64,000 nt of DNA, from NCBI RefSeq assembly GCF_009914755.1, contig NC_060937.1; one strand, given 5' to 3'. The notes under the pieces were generated by a model, which saw nothing but the letters and a program-made list of their open reading frames with translations, ran no database searches and was not told the origin of the DNA. The translations under genes and the position numbers were made by a program. Numbering within the stretch: position 1 is the stretch's first letter; each line of letters starts with the position of its first letter. Below, piece by piece: positions 1 through 13,450 of the stretch. The stretch is from the human T2T-CHM13v2.0 reference genome, Homo sapiens.

Positions 1-21
1 AAGCAGGGTTACCCGGCGAAG

Positions 22-29
22 ACTTCCGG
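22..29 (-). promoter_or_regulatory. ETS/GABPA motif
   Basis: ACTTCCGG is the reverse complement of the ETS consensus CCGGAAGT. Confidence 0.7.
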
Positions 30-35
30 GGCCGA

Positions 36-66
36 TGCGCATGCGCGGCCGATTTGCACATGCGCA
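36..66. promoter_or_regulatory. Two tandem NRF1 motifs
   Basis: TGCGCATGCGC at 36-46 and TGCACATGCGCA at 55-66 match the palindromic NRF1 consensus TGCGCATGCGCA. Confidence 0.75.
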
Positions 67-103
67 ATACTCGCGCTGCCTCCGTGGTCCCTGCCTGGCT
101 GAG

Positions 104-123
104 GTGGCAGCAGGGGGCGGGAC
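104..123 (+). promoter_or_regulatory. GC box (SP/KLF) overlapping a CTCF-like motif in the 5' UTR
   Basis: GTGGCAGCAGGGGGCGGGAC contains GGGGCGGGAC (GC box) and CAGCAGGGGGCG (CTCF core-like). Confidence 0.5.
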
Positions 124-133
124 GCGCAGCGCT

Positions 134-286
134 ATGGCAGAGGGCAGCGGGGAAGTGGTCGCAGTGTCTGCGACCGGGGCTGCCAACGGCCTCAACAATG
201 GGGCAGGCGGGACCTCGGCGACGACCTGCAACCCGCTGTCGCGCAAGCTGCATAAGATCCTGGAGACGCGGCTGGACAACGACAAG
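134..286 (+). CDS. COG6: COG6 coding exon 1 (MAEGSGEVV...RLDNDK), 153 nt
   Basis: ATG at 134 in good Kozak context (GCTATGG); donor AAG|GTAACC; translation matches the COG6 N-terminus. Confidence 0.97.
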
Positions 287-1134
287 GTAACCGGGGCTGG
301 CGGGGCCGGAGTCACAGGTTCCTGCGGGGCTGAGCCGGGCCAGGGGCGGCGTCTGTCAGGGACCCACCGCGGTCTCCCTCGTCCCGGCAGCAGAGGGACC
401 GCGAGTGACCCCAGACCTGCGGGCTCCGCTGCTCTGCGGGCGCCGGGGGCGGTGAGAAGGGGGAGCCCCAGCAACCTCCGGAAAAGCGAAGGGGTTTCCT
501 GGGTGTTCTCTCCACCTGAAAAGGTGCCTTCAAGGCTCTCTGGATGGGATTGGTGAACGGTGGTGCCTCGAGAAGTGTCCTCCAAACACCCCTGGAGGCG
601 TTTGGCTGTGTGAGCTGGGAGAGTGGAGGAGAGCACAAGACTGGATATGAAACAGATGCAAAAGAGCAGATTCCAAGATAAGGTAGCGCAAATGGGGGTC
701 GGGAGACCAAGAGAGCAGTGGTAGGGATAAGGGTGCATTTCCACGGACAAGTGACAACAATTGCAATAATTTGCAGCGCGAAAGAACTACCTTTGCCCGT
801 GGCTGAAATGAACTCATATCTACTAGTTTTTGTTGAGCCAAGCGCTATGATTTGTGGGCTCAGGCTGTATTTCTTTAGAAGATAAACTGACAGCATGCTC
901 TCACAAGTACCTCCTGAAACTTAAGTTGGACTTTACAGCTCCTCACATACCCAGCCATCTCTTCTGTCTCTGTGGGTCGCTAGGTAAATTGGTCATGACA
1001 GTGTAACATAAAGAAGAACATATGTCAAAGTTAGAGAGTTTTATAGGTGAATATGTAGGTAACTGAAAATAAGCTGTCGATAACAATTTGATTCCGATAT
1101 GTAAAAAAATAACATTGCAATGTAATGAATAAGA

Positions 1135-1326
1135 AATTAGGGCTCTGGAGACTACCACTTATTAGATAGAACCACTAAATGTGTGCATCATGATTTGAGT
1201 AAGTCCCTTCACTAATCTCAGCTTCTGTTTAGGAATTAGGAATCCTGCTGTTAAGTTTCTCATGGTTGTTATTTGAGGACTCAGTGAGAGACTCCAGGTA
1301 AAGTCCTTTGCAAAGAGCCTGGCACT
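1135..1326. mobile_element. MIR SINE remnant
   Basis: Degenerate MIR core (ctcagcttctgtt...ggttgttatttgaggactcagtgag...gcctggcac). Confidence 0.5.
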
Positions 1327-1439
1327 TACTCTTTCTTAACAAATATTAATTTTATCATAAAATTTATGAAGTGTTTAATGTGTCTCATATTGATATTTAT
1401 TATATCATTTAAGACTGCTACTTGCTCTGATATAGATAA

Positions 1440-1738
<299 letters not shown>

Positions 1739-2553
1739 ACATAACCTTCTTTTTACCATGAGGAAAATAAAGCATGGAGAGAGTGCAGCTAGGTTGTCAT
1801 ATAACTAGTAACTGGTGGAACTGTAATTTGCATCTGAGTCTGTGATTTCATTCGTTCAACATTACTGATTACTTCTTTGAACCAGACCTTAGGACATTTC
1901 AAGGCTATAGTCTAAAGAAACTGCTTCACTTCATGGGTTTTTTTTTTCTGTACAGTAAGTATTTATAGTTGTAAACATATTTTTGCTTCCTCTGAAATAT
2001 TAAATTGAATTTATATAAATAGTTTTACTGTTTTTGTCAATCCAGCCAATATTTCAAAATAACAAATAGAAACATGAAAGGGTAAGCCTACTAGAATATA
2101 CAGTAGTGGAGGTGTAGAAATGTATATCTGCAGAATTTAGTGTACAATGGGGATGTCCTGGGCTTGGTTCTCTGCTCTCTCTTCCATTCATGTTTTCTCT
2201 GTAAGAAAAATCTTGTACTTTCATGGTTTTAAGTAGCAAAAAGCATGATTACTCTCAAATTTATAACTCTGTTTCTGACATCTACTGAGCTCCAGATTTG
2301 TAGAATTAGTTGTCTATACTATACCTCCAATTGGATACTGATTGACGTCATAGAACTTAACATGGGCGGAACTCTTGATTTTTCCCTAAACTGGTTCCGC
2401 TCTCACTAAAGAACGTCACCATTTACCCAGTCAAGCAAGAAGCATATGAATAATTTTGGATTCTTGTCACTTTTTTTTTTTTTTTTTTACATCTCCTGCA
2501 AATCCACAAACATATCTTATAGGTTCTACTTTGAAGAATATTTTTGGAATATC

Positions 2554-2845
2554 TTTTTTTTTTTTTTGAGACCAAGTCTCACTCTGTCGCCCAGGCTGGA
2601 GTCCAATGGAGAGAACATGGCCTTACTGTAGCCTTGATCTTGCTGGCTCAAGCGATCCTCCTGCCACAGCCTCCCAGGTAGCTGGGTCTACAGGCACATG
2701 CCACCATACCTGGCTAATTTTTTGATTTTTTTTATAGAGATAGGGGTCTTACTATGTTATGCAGGCTGGTCTTGAACTGGCATCAAACTATCCTCCCAAC
2801 TTGACCTCCCAAACTGCTGGGATTACAGGTGTAAGCCACCGTGCC
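2554..2845 (-). mobile_element. Alu (AluJ-type), antisense, with TSD
   Basis: Diverged Alu dimer flanked by a near-identical ATATTTT(T)GGAATATCT duplication. Confidence 0.92.
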
Positions 2846-3771
2846 ATATTTTGGAATATCTCTTTTTCATTTGTACTACTGCCATCTTGGTCTAAGCCAC
2901 TATCAAACCATACTGGGATTATTTTTGTTTTTTCTCTTACCTACCTCCTTTCTTGTACCCCTTTACCATTCATTTTCCTTACAAAGTTGGAATAAACTTT
3001 TATAAATATAAATCGTATTACATTACTCCCCTGCCTAAAATCGTAATAATTTCTCATAACTTCAGTCATAGTGGCCTTCCTTCTACCACTTTAGGGTCTT
3101 TGTACTCATTGTTTGCTCTGTCTGTGGAAGGCTTTGTCCCCATGACTGGCTGTTGCCTACACTGAGGCCTCAGTTCAAAGTCACCTCAGAGAGGCCTTCC
3201 CCTTTAAGTTTCTCCAAGTTCTACTTCCAGTTATTCAGTTTCTAGCCTGGAGGATTCCAGTACTTATTCTTAAATAGATCATTCCAGAGATAGTTAATGT
3301 GCACATTATATATGTGTCAACTAGGTATACACAAGTAAGTATGCATGTATATATTCCTTTTAAGTTTTTAACTGTTGGTATTACAACTGTTTCTATGCCT
3401 TGATGTTTCACTTAACATATCTCAAAGCTTATACTACGTAAGTGCATAAAGATTTTTTTTTTGTGAATGAGTATATCATAATTTATTTAACCAATCCCTT
3501 TTAGATGGACATTTATATTATTTCTAGTCTTTGCAATTCCCAACAATTCTGCAGTGAATAATCTTGTATATATAACACTATACACAAGTAAGTATACCCT
3601 TCTTGTGTTCTGGAAATAAGCATGCTTCAGTAATTTGAAGGTCATTCAATATTTTTCGGATTGGTTAATGAAAATAAATCATTTGAAAATGATTTCATTA
3701 CATTTTGTCTTGAGATTTGAAACCATTTAAAAATTAGTTCCAGTAACTGTCTTCTGTTACCAATTGTATAG

Positions 3772-3915
3772 GAGATGTTAGAAGCTCTCAAGGCACTTTC
3801 AACCTTTTTTGTTGAAAATAGTCTGCGGACTCGAAGAAATTTACGTGGAGATATTGAACGTAAAAGTTTAGCCATCAATGAAGAATTTGTAAGCATTTTC
3901 AAGGAAGTGAAGGAG
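3772..3915 (+). CDS. COG6: COG6 exon 2 (EMLEALK...KEVKE), 144 nt
   Basis: tatag|GAG acceptor; GAG|gtatgt donor; phase 0/0. Confidence 0.97.
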
Positions 3916-4576
3916 GTATGTAAACTCTTTTCATTTAGCATATATTGAGAACTTACTATTACGCCTGGCTCTGTGCTAAGTATTTTTTTGAATTAGGTTG
4001 ATATGTTTGCTATTTGTATACTATGCCCAAATAGAAAGCTTAGCTAATTTCTCTTGCTGCATCTAGATCTTTATTTGTATTAATGTGATTTATGAATCTG
4101 TGACTTCCACAAATATTAATTCTTAGAAAGTTAACATTGTTCTAGAAGATTATCTTAGGAATTTTAGCTTTTTTAACAAAAAAATTAACATTTCCCTGAA
4201 TGGCTTTCCAATAGAAATATCCCCTCATTGCATAAACCTCTCTTGGATAACAACTTCTCTACTGGAGATTAATTAGAATTGAGTTACTTTTACTATATCC
4301 TAAAATATGAAAATTTCAGATTAAGATCAGTAACTTCAATGTATTAATAATGATTCATCATACTTGAGAGTGTAGTCCACTCACCACAGAGTGAAAATAA
4401 ATTTTATGTTATTATATCTTTATTATGTAATATTTTATTAGCTGTTTTAATACATTGTAATACTAATATATTTCTATGTGAGTTATGGAAGTGTTGCACA
4501 TGGTTTCAATGAGTGTTCAATAAAAATAGGTTGTTTTTGACACCTTGGTAGGTTTTTATTGACTGAAGACTAATAA

Positions 4577-4789
<213 letters not shown>

Positions 4790-5217
4790 TAAAAGGAACA
4801 ATCTTACCAGTATCAGAAAGCAAAGATGCTATCTGAGACTATTGGATACATGTCAAAAGGACTTTGGAGCTAATGTGAAGAGGATTCTTCTACTGGCCAA
4901 ACATAAGACTATTTGAACATCAATAAGAGTAACTGCAATTGAATAACACTAGCAATAAAGGGATATTCAGTTTTATAAAGCATTTGCTGTTTTCCTGCGG
5001 TCATATTCTCTAAAAGGAATGGACTATTTTCTTTACATTTTTTCTAACACTAGATGTTATTCTTTTTAATCATTTCCAATTTTAAATATGGGATCTCTTG
5101 TCATGCCTTGACCAAAAAAATAAAAAATTATGTAACTAAAATAAGGATTTAGCTAACAGAAGAGAATCTTCTTCTTGCTGTATATATGATGTTTGATGTT
5201 ACTTTTCTTCTTTTCAG

Positions 5218-5289
5218 GAACTTGAAAGCATAAGCGAAGATGTTCAAGCAATGAGCAACTGTTGTCAAGATATGACAAGTCGCCTACAG
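5218..5289 (+). CDS. COG6: COG6 exon 3 (ELESISED...SRLQ), 72 nt
   Basis: ttttcag|GAA acceptor; CAG|gtatta donor; phase 0/0. Confidence 0.97.
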
Positions 5290-6550
5290 GTATTATATAA
5301 TGGCTAGATTTTGGCATAGTTCCTGATATAAACTTACAAAAATTATTATTGACAAAATGTGTAGATATCTAATCCATAATGCCCTGTAGGAAATTTGGGT
5401 ATAAATATAATCCTTATTTTTAAAAATTGTAGCTATCTTTGTGTTTCTTTGGATAGTGATTTATTAATATTGTTCAATTAACTTTAGAGCATTTATATTT
5501 TGGTCTAGCCAGTACAGAGCTAACTACGTAGAATTTTGATAAACCTTTCAATTCCGTAATATTCTAGAAATCTAGGAGTAATGATTTTTTTTAGTAAGAA
5601 GCCTTAGGAATAATTTCACACTAAAGCTGTGCCTGATAAAGACCTAGCTTAATTCTGATTTATGCATAACCTTAAAAAATTCTGGGAAAATATGTATACT
5701 TTTAGGTCTTTTAATGAAAGCAGTCCTAAACTTATAGTTTGGTAGCAGAATCAGCATTTGACTTAATTAACCTCATTCATCTAATTTTGGAATAGTACAT
5801 AGAACGGTTTCCTCCTAAGGGCCAATCATGATTATGTCTACTGCCTTCACATTTTAACAGCGAATTTATATCTCTAAGTGTCTCTTGGAACGATTGACAT
5901 CAACAGTGATTCTAGGAAGAATCATTAATGCATATTCTACAGATTAATCACAGGCTACTTGCATCATCAGTTTGCAGGATGAGTTAATTTCTTGTTTCTC
6001 TAAAATTTTATCTTTTCTGGTCTTGTCTAAATTTTGATATTCTTACTAATCTATCAGATATTATTGGCATGTTTATTGTCTCTTAGTCCAATATTTAGAT
6101 ATTTGTTAATTTGACAATATTTAAATAATTATATAATATATACTAATTATTAATGGCCATTTCACATTTTTGGCATATATTTACTTTATTCCTCAGTGGT
6201 TGATTTTGTTTGACCCTTCTTTTTCTTTAACTTTATTTCCTTTTCTCCTCTTTTAGCTTCCATGACGTAATGCCTTTTCTCAAATTATACTTTATAAGGT
6301 TTTCTATATTGTACTTTTGTGTTTTTTAAATAACATTATGCTTTGTTATATTAGACTACTCAGTTTCTGATCTTTAGTGATAGTATCTCTTATTTTTTAA
6401 TTTGTATCCTTAATTATGTTTTTATACTTTTCATCATAGAGAGATTTAAATATAAAAAGATCATAGTATTTTTATTTGTGCTATTTTTCAAACAGTTTAT
6501 AAATATTTTAAATTACAACCAAAGTGTCTCTTTCTGTTTTGTCCTTTGTA

Positions 6551-6833
6551 TTTTTTTTTTTTTTTTTGAGACAGAGTCTCGCTGTATCCTTAGTGGCGTG
6601 ATCTCGGCTCATAGCAACTTCCACCTTCTGAGTTCAAACAATTCTGCCTCAGCCTCCCAAGTAGCTAGGATTACAGGCGCCTGACACCATGCCTGGCTGA
6701 TTTTTGTGTTTTTAGTAGACACAGGATTTCGCCAGGTTGTCCAGGGTGGTCTCGAACTCCTGACCTCAAGTGATTCACCTACCTCGGCCTTCCAAAGTGC
6801 TGGGATTACAGACATGAGCCACCATGCCCGGCC
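6551..6833 (-). mobile_element. Alu (AluS-type), antisense
   Basis: Alu dimer flanked by a GTCCTTT(G/A)TATTTT duplication. Confidence 0.93.
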
Positions 6834-8023
6834 AGTCCTTTATATTTTCTTTGCACCCACCTCACATCCTGTTTTTTCTTCTGCAGTGGCATGGGCCTAT
6901 TTTCTTTCTTTATTCAGATCAACTTTATTGAGGAATAATTTATGAATGGTAATAAACTGCATCCATTCAAAGTGTTCAAATTGATAGGCTTGGCATTTTT
7001 ATATGCCTGTGAAACAACAACTATAATCAAGATACAGAACATTTTTATCACATATAAAAGATTGCCTCATAGCTTTCTGATTGAATATTTAAAAATATTT
7101 AATACTGCCTATTGTTTACATTTGTTTTTGATCCACATATCATTTTTAATAGTAGGAGGTCCATGATTTTGAAAGTTTTGTTTATTCCTTAAAATTTTGC
7201 TTAAAGCTAATTTATTTGGATATAGCACTATTGGAATTCTAATAGTATACATTCATAATATCAACTCTAATGTTTTTAAGTTATTCATAAAGAAAAGTGT
7301 TTCTTAGAGTATCCTCACTTTCCCTTTTTCTTATAGAATGTTGTTATAATGATTCATTTAATTATTTAATATTTTCTGAAATGCTTTGACTATGGTACCT
7401 TTTAGAAATTATTAGAAAACATTTAAAAATGTAATCAGTCATTTTATATATGTTAATATTTATTCCTTTGTGGTTTTCCTTGCATATGTTTAAATAATAA
7501 ACATGCATTTAGATGCATATGTTTATTATTAACTCAAAAATAATCATCTTTAACATTTAAGATAAATGGAGATTGAGGTTAATCTTCATTAATATTATTA
7601 AATATTACTTTGGAATTCTTACCATAGTTTATAAATGAAAAAATCAGGAAATATGCAAAAAAATTAGCAAATTCTTATTATATAACATTGTGCTAAATTA
7701 TCATATTTCATTGATTAATAAATGGTGTTGATTGTAAGGTGCACCCTCAATAACGACTAGCCTAAAAAGCTAGTAAAGGTTTTTTGATGTTGATTTTGTG
7801 AAGCATTCTTTTTTTCAGAAATATTAAAATGTAAACATATCTTTGACTTGAGGGGATACTATATTTTAAAAATTGCACAAGGCAAGACTGTACAAGGGTG
7901 GAAATGGAACTTTAGCGTTTAAGAAGTATGAGCATTTGAAGAACTTATTGGCAGTCTAATAATTCTAAAAGAATATTTTGGGAGCTATCATGTTGAGCTC
8001 CATTCCTTAAAAGTCAGTGAAAT

Positions 8024-8313
8024 GGCTGGGCGTGGTGGCTCACACCTGTAATCTCAGCATTTTGGGAGGCTGAGGCAGAATGATCCTTTGTGACCAGCCT
8101 GGGCAACATAGCAAGACCCCATCTCTACCAAAAACTTTTAATAAGTTAGCCAGGCATGGTGGCACATGCCTATAGTCCCAGCTATTCTAGAGGCTTAGGT
8201 GGGAGGATTGCTTGGGCCCAGGAGGTCAAGGCTGCAGTGACTCAAGATTGCACCACCATACTCCAGGCTGGGTGACAGAGTGAGACCCTGCCTCTTTAAA
8301 AAAAAAAAAAAAA
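8024..8313 (+). mobile_element. Alu (AluJ-type), sense
   Basis: ggctgggcgtggtggctcacacctgtaatc... with a short left-arm deletion and an A-tail. Confidence 0.93.
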
Positions 8314-8440
8314 GATAAGGGATATGCAAAATTATCTAGGTTCAAATTGTTTTCTTAAAAAATCTATTTCCTGGGAACATACACTCAAAATAGCTTCATT
8401 TGAGGTGGCAATCAGGCTCTGTTATTGACAGCATACCTAG

Positions 8441-8542
8441 AAAGCAATAAGACAGAGAATTTCCCTCACAGTCTGAAAACTGAGTTTGTAGAGGATTAGG
8501 CCTCTAAGAACCCAGAACTGGAGGTGTCTAGGTCTAAGGCAG
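8441..8542 (-). ncRNA. MIR4305: Annotated microRNA locus MIR4305, antisense in intron 3
   Basis: GAACTGGAGGTGTCTAGG at 8515-8532 is the reverse complement of miR-4305 as I recall it (CCUAGACACCUCCAGUUC). Precursor ends are also from memory, and whether this is a genuine miRNA is doubtful. Confidence 0.75.
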
Positions 8543-9502
8543 CTCTAGAAAGAAACCGCAGTAGCAGAAGCTTGACTCTTTATTGTGGTATTCCAACATG
8601 AAAATGACCCAGTGTCTTCAGGTGTTTGCTCTGGTATTTTCTCTTTAACAGACTGATTCACCTTCTATTTTATGTGTTTTTCTCCACTTTACTAATGACT
8701 TAATTTATGCATCTTTCTGGCTCATTTAATATTTCTTCAAGGCACAGACCTTGTTTCTCTACGTGCCTCATGACTACTTCTCTTCTTATTGTTTATTGCC
8801 TTATTTTTGTAAATATTCCCTAGTTCAGATATTTGAGAGAGAATCTCATTGTCTTTTGTTTAAAGCCACTTCATGAATGTTTTCTAATCTTGGATAAGAT
8901 GCTTTTTTAATTGACTTTCCACTTTTGATCAACTCTGGCTTAGGGAAGGGAGAATTGCTTAGAATGAAAGTTGATTAGGAACAGCCTTGTGTCCTTTAGA
9001 TGGGTCTAGCTCTGATCCTCACCAAAAACTTATATGGCAGGTAGTTTGTATATTACAACTTTCAAACTTTTACCTCCATCTTATACATTTCTATTGAGCT
9101 CCACACTAGCATTTCAGTGACTTAGTTAACAACCCCATGTAAAGGTTGCATGGTATCTCAGTTCAACACGTCCATACCTGAAGTCATGTTCTTCATTCTT
9201 AACTTGTTTTTCCAGTGCTTCTGTTGCACTAAAAAGCATCATGAACTATTAAGTTCCTTTGTCAGTATCTGGATACCTTTTTCTTTCTTGTAAGCCTTAG
9301 CATTATGTGTATATTAAGAACTGAGTGTGTTCCTCCAGTGGATGAGCCTTGAAACATCTACGTATTTCATTTTATTGTGCTTTTGAGTTCCATAGAGTGA
9401 TCTCATTTGTTTTAAGTCTAAATTGCAGTAAGTGGTAGTATTTGTTTTCTGAAATATAATAAAATTGGAATTTACTTATATTAGATATGTTTATAATTTT
9501 AG

Positions 9503-9561
9503 GCAGCAAAGGAACAGACTCAAGATTTAATAGTAAAAACCACTAAGCTTCAATCTGAAAG
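9503..9561 (+). CDS. COG6: COG6 exon 4 (AAKEQTQ...LQSE+S), 59 nt
   Basis: ttttag|GCA acceptor; AAG|gtaagt donor; phase 0/2. Confidence 0.97.
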
Positions 9562-10297
9562 GTAAGTTTTTCTTCATACAACCACCTTTTCAATAATTTG
9601 GAGATTGGAGTCAAAGAAAATTATATATAACTCCAAATCAGAATTAAAGCAGAATAATAAAAAACATGGTTCATAAGGTCCTAAACTATTATATTACCCA
9701 ATAGTAACTTAAGCATAAAGACAGTAGTTTAGGAGCAATAAACTTGACATTGAGGTTGAGAGATTATTCCTTCTTTGGAAGAGAGGTGATGATGTATCGT
9801 TATTGTTTGCTGTGGAGTTCAGAAATGATGCTTTTTAAAATGTAAATGTTTTCAGATTTTTAATAGTTTTATTACTTTTTTTTCACAATCATTGTCTTTT
9901 ATTTTTAAGCTATGATATATCCTCTCTGGTATAATTAAGAGTTAATTGTATAAATTCTCCTTGTAGTTTATACAATAGGTATACTATTGGTTGATTGAAT
10001 GAATGAGTGAGTGAGTGAATAAAGGTGAGTACAGTCTGGATTTGTGTAATGTGTGGTGTTCAGTATTGCTAAAACTCATAGCAATTATGCTAAAACTCAT
10101 TAACTGCATCTCTCATGTGTGGAGTAGCATAGAGGGGGAGAAGCATTATATTATGATGCAGTATACTTGTCTCCTGCTCAGTAGTTGGGTACATCACTTA
10201 AACCTTTTAGTATTCTAGGTATTTCATCAGTAATATGGAGATATTACCACTTTAACTGCTGATTTTGGGGTAGGTCAGTATACTATAGTATAGACCA

Positions 10298-10517
10298 CAG
10301 GTCATCAAACTATGGCCACAGGCCAAATCCAGCTCAACACCTGCTTTTGTAAATGCAGCTTTATTGGAACACAGCTATGGTTGTGTTTACATACTGTCTA
10401 TGGCTGCTTTTACCCTACTGCAGTAGAGTCGTGTGGTTACAACAGAGACCATATGTGGCCTACAAAGCCTAAAATATGTACTATCAAGATTTTTACAGAA
10501 AAAGTCTGTGACTTCTG
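10298..10517 (+). mobile_element. MER58A-like hAT-Charlie DNA transposon (MITE)
   Basis: caggtcatcaaactatggcc...ttattggaacacagc...aaagcctaaaatatgtactatc...tacagaaaaagtctgtgacttctg follows the recalled MER58A consensus, with degenerate TIRs. Confidence 0.8.
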
Positions 10518-10593
10518 ATCCAACTAGTGTTTTTTTGTAGTTCAGGTCAAGATCAATGGGTTGTAAATTATGATTTATCAATCATTACTACTA

Positions 10594-10820
<227 letters not shown>

Positions 10821-11779
10821 AGTAAAAATAGTTTGAGTGAATATTATTTTGTGAAGCCTTTCTTTCAGTTTCAGTAATGGTTTTAAATGGTTTAATATTA
10901 TGGGTCATAATCAAGAGTTTGAAAAACACTGCCCTAGACCAAAAATGGCAAGTACATGACCCCCAACTCCTTAGTTTTACATCCACTGATCTTGACATTC
11001 TTTTATTTTGAGCCCTTAATCCTTCTTAACACAATTCTCTTCAGACTAAGATTGATGAATGGGAAATTATAAAGAGTGCAGAGGTGTAAAGTTACTTGTG
11101 TAAAAGGATATCATGGGTCTTAGGGCTACAAAGGACTCAGAGATCAACTGGAATGATCCATTGCAGTTAAAATGGTAACCAATGTAACTTACTTTTCTGT
11201 CTTATAAAAACATTGAGAAAATGTGACAAAATTAGCAAAATAAAATATATGTACCAATATCATCTAAAAAATACTATCTTTAATAGCACAAAACAAAGAA
11301 AACATTTTCTTTACACGTATAGGAAGTACATTATTGGATATTGGAACATGTACCTTATCTTAGACCTGTGGCTTTCAAACCATAGTTCATTGAACCTCAG
11401 GGTTTCTTTGCAAGACGTAGAAGGATAATGGAGTTTTGGAGGTCAGATTCTCTCACCCTAATTTTAGTGAGAGCAGTTTCACTTTTACTTGTTTAATATA
11501 TTAGGATTCCATGTAAGATTTTGTTTGAAAAAAGAGTTTGACAGCAGGAAAATATAAAAATATTGCACAATTTTAAGACTAGTTGAAAGGTAGAATACCA
11601 AATAAAATAGTCTTTTGATTTTATTCCTCATGCCAGAGAAAAATCTTTAAAAACAACTAAGTATCAAAGCTTTATAAAAGCTTAATCATAATTTCATGCA
11701 TTTAATCCCCTTTTTGTTTACTAACTACCTTCTCTTTCACTAAAAATCCACTTTTACCCGTTGTGTGTTTTCTACAAGC

Positions 11780-12470
11780 CAAAATGAGAGCAAGTTGATG
11801 TTGTCCTCAGATTTATAGAATTGCAAATTGCCTGGATAGAAATTAAATTTAGGAAGTCTGGCCTTAAATTCCCTTTTATCTTGTTGATATTGTCATTCTG
11901 TATTTTATAGCTGGATAAATGATCATATCCCCCACATTGGTGGTTAATTACTTGATGTTGACCTATAAGTCAGTTTTCTAGTACTTTTCAGAGCATCTTC
12001 AATCCAATCCTTTTGTGTTTAACATTTAATCAAAGACTTTAGTGTATATATAGACAACTTACTTGGAAAATTGTGAATGACACAAAGTATGGAATGTTAA
12101 GTGTAAGGTATCAACAGAATCAAGCTTTTAAGAAAAAGTGGGGCTGGGCAAGAGGTGAATAGGATGATAAAGGGTCTCAAAAAATGATGTAGGGTTGAAA
12201 AAAACAGAATTGTTTATTTAGAAGTATAGGACTAAGAGGGACATGATGGCTGTCTTCAAATATTTGATGATCTTTCCTGTTTTAAAAAAGGCTAAATTTT
12301 ATTATATATTGCTGCTGAGTTTGGAACTGAGTTTTAAAGGAGAAATTTAGGCAAATTTTGACTTAACGATAAGCAAGAATTTTCTATCCCTTACAATTTG
12401 AACAATTCTTCAAAGCTTTTTTTTTAAAATCACTGGAAATATTTAGTCTTATGTTAGGTGTCATTGGAGC
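11780..12470 (+). mobile_element. L3/CR1 LINE 3' remnant
   Basis: Typical L3 motifs (gactaagagggacatgatggctgtcttcaaatattt; ataagcaagaattttct). Confidence 0.55.
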
Positions 12471-12837
12471 CATCTTTTATTTCAGTTTTCCTTTCTGGTC
12501 TTTTACATTACGATTCATGTATCCACACCTTATCACAGTAAACATAAGAGCCACCAAGGAGCTTGATAAAATGGCAAGTTTTGGCCTCCATCCTCAGAGA
12601 ATCTGACTGAAAAAAGTAAGCAACTGTGTTTTTTTGATTAGTGACTCAGTAAATCTTGATTTGGGCTCAGGATTCGGCCCTTTTAACAATATCCCAGGTA
12701 TTTTTATGCAGTGGTCCAGAGACTATAATTTGAAACACCTGGCCTTAGACAAAATATTACTTATATTTTTAATTTTTTGTGGAATGTCCCTCTCCCCTAC
12801 CTTAATTCTCTCATCTCCTAACTGGTAAACTTTGAAA

Positions 12838-13450
<613 letters not shown>

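Larger units (their letters stand above)
1..500 (+). promoter_or_regulatory. COG6: CpG island / TATA-less housekeeping promoter of COG6 (extends past the window start)
   Basis: Very GC- and CpG-rich compared with the AT-rich remainder; overlaps exon 1 and the start of intron 1. Confidence 0.92.

Noticed and set aside
35-556. 173-aa ORF spanning exon 1
   Set aside because: It is COG6 exon 1 read through the donor at 286 into GC-rich intron 1, not a separate gene.
312-896. 194-aa and 103-aa minus-strand ORFs
   Set aside because: No recognisable domain, and long ORFs are expected by chance in CpG-island DNA. I cannot show an antisense transcript from sequence alone.
3642-3941. 99-aa minus-strand ORF
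   Set aside because: Antisense shadow of COG6 exon 2.
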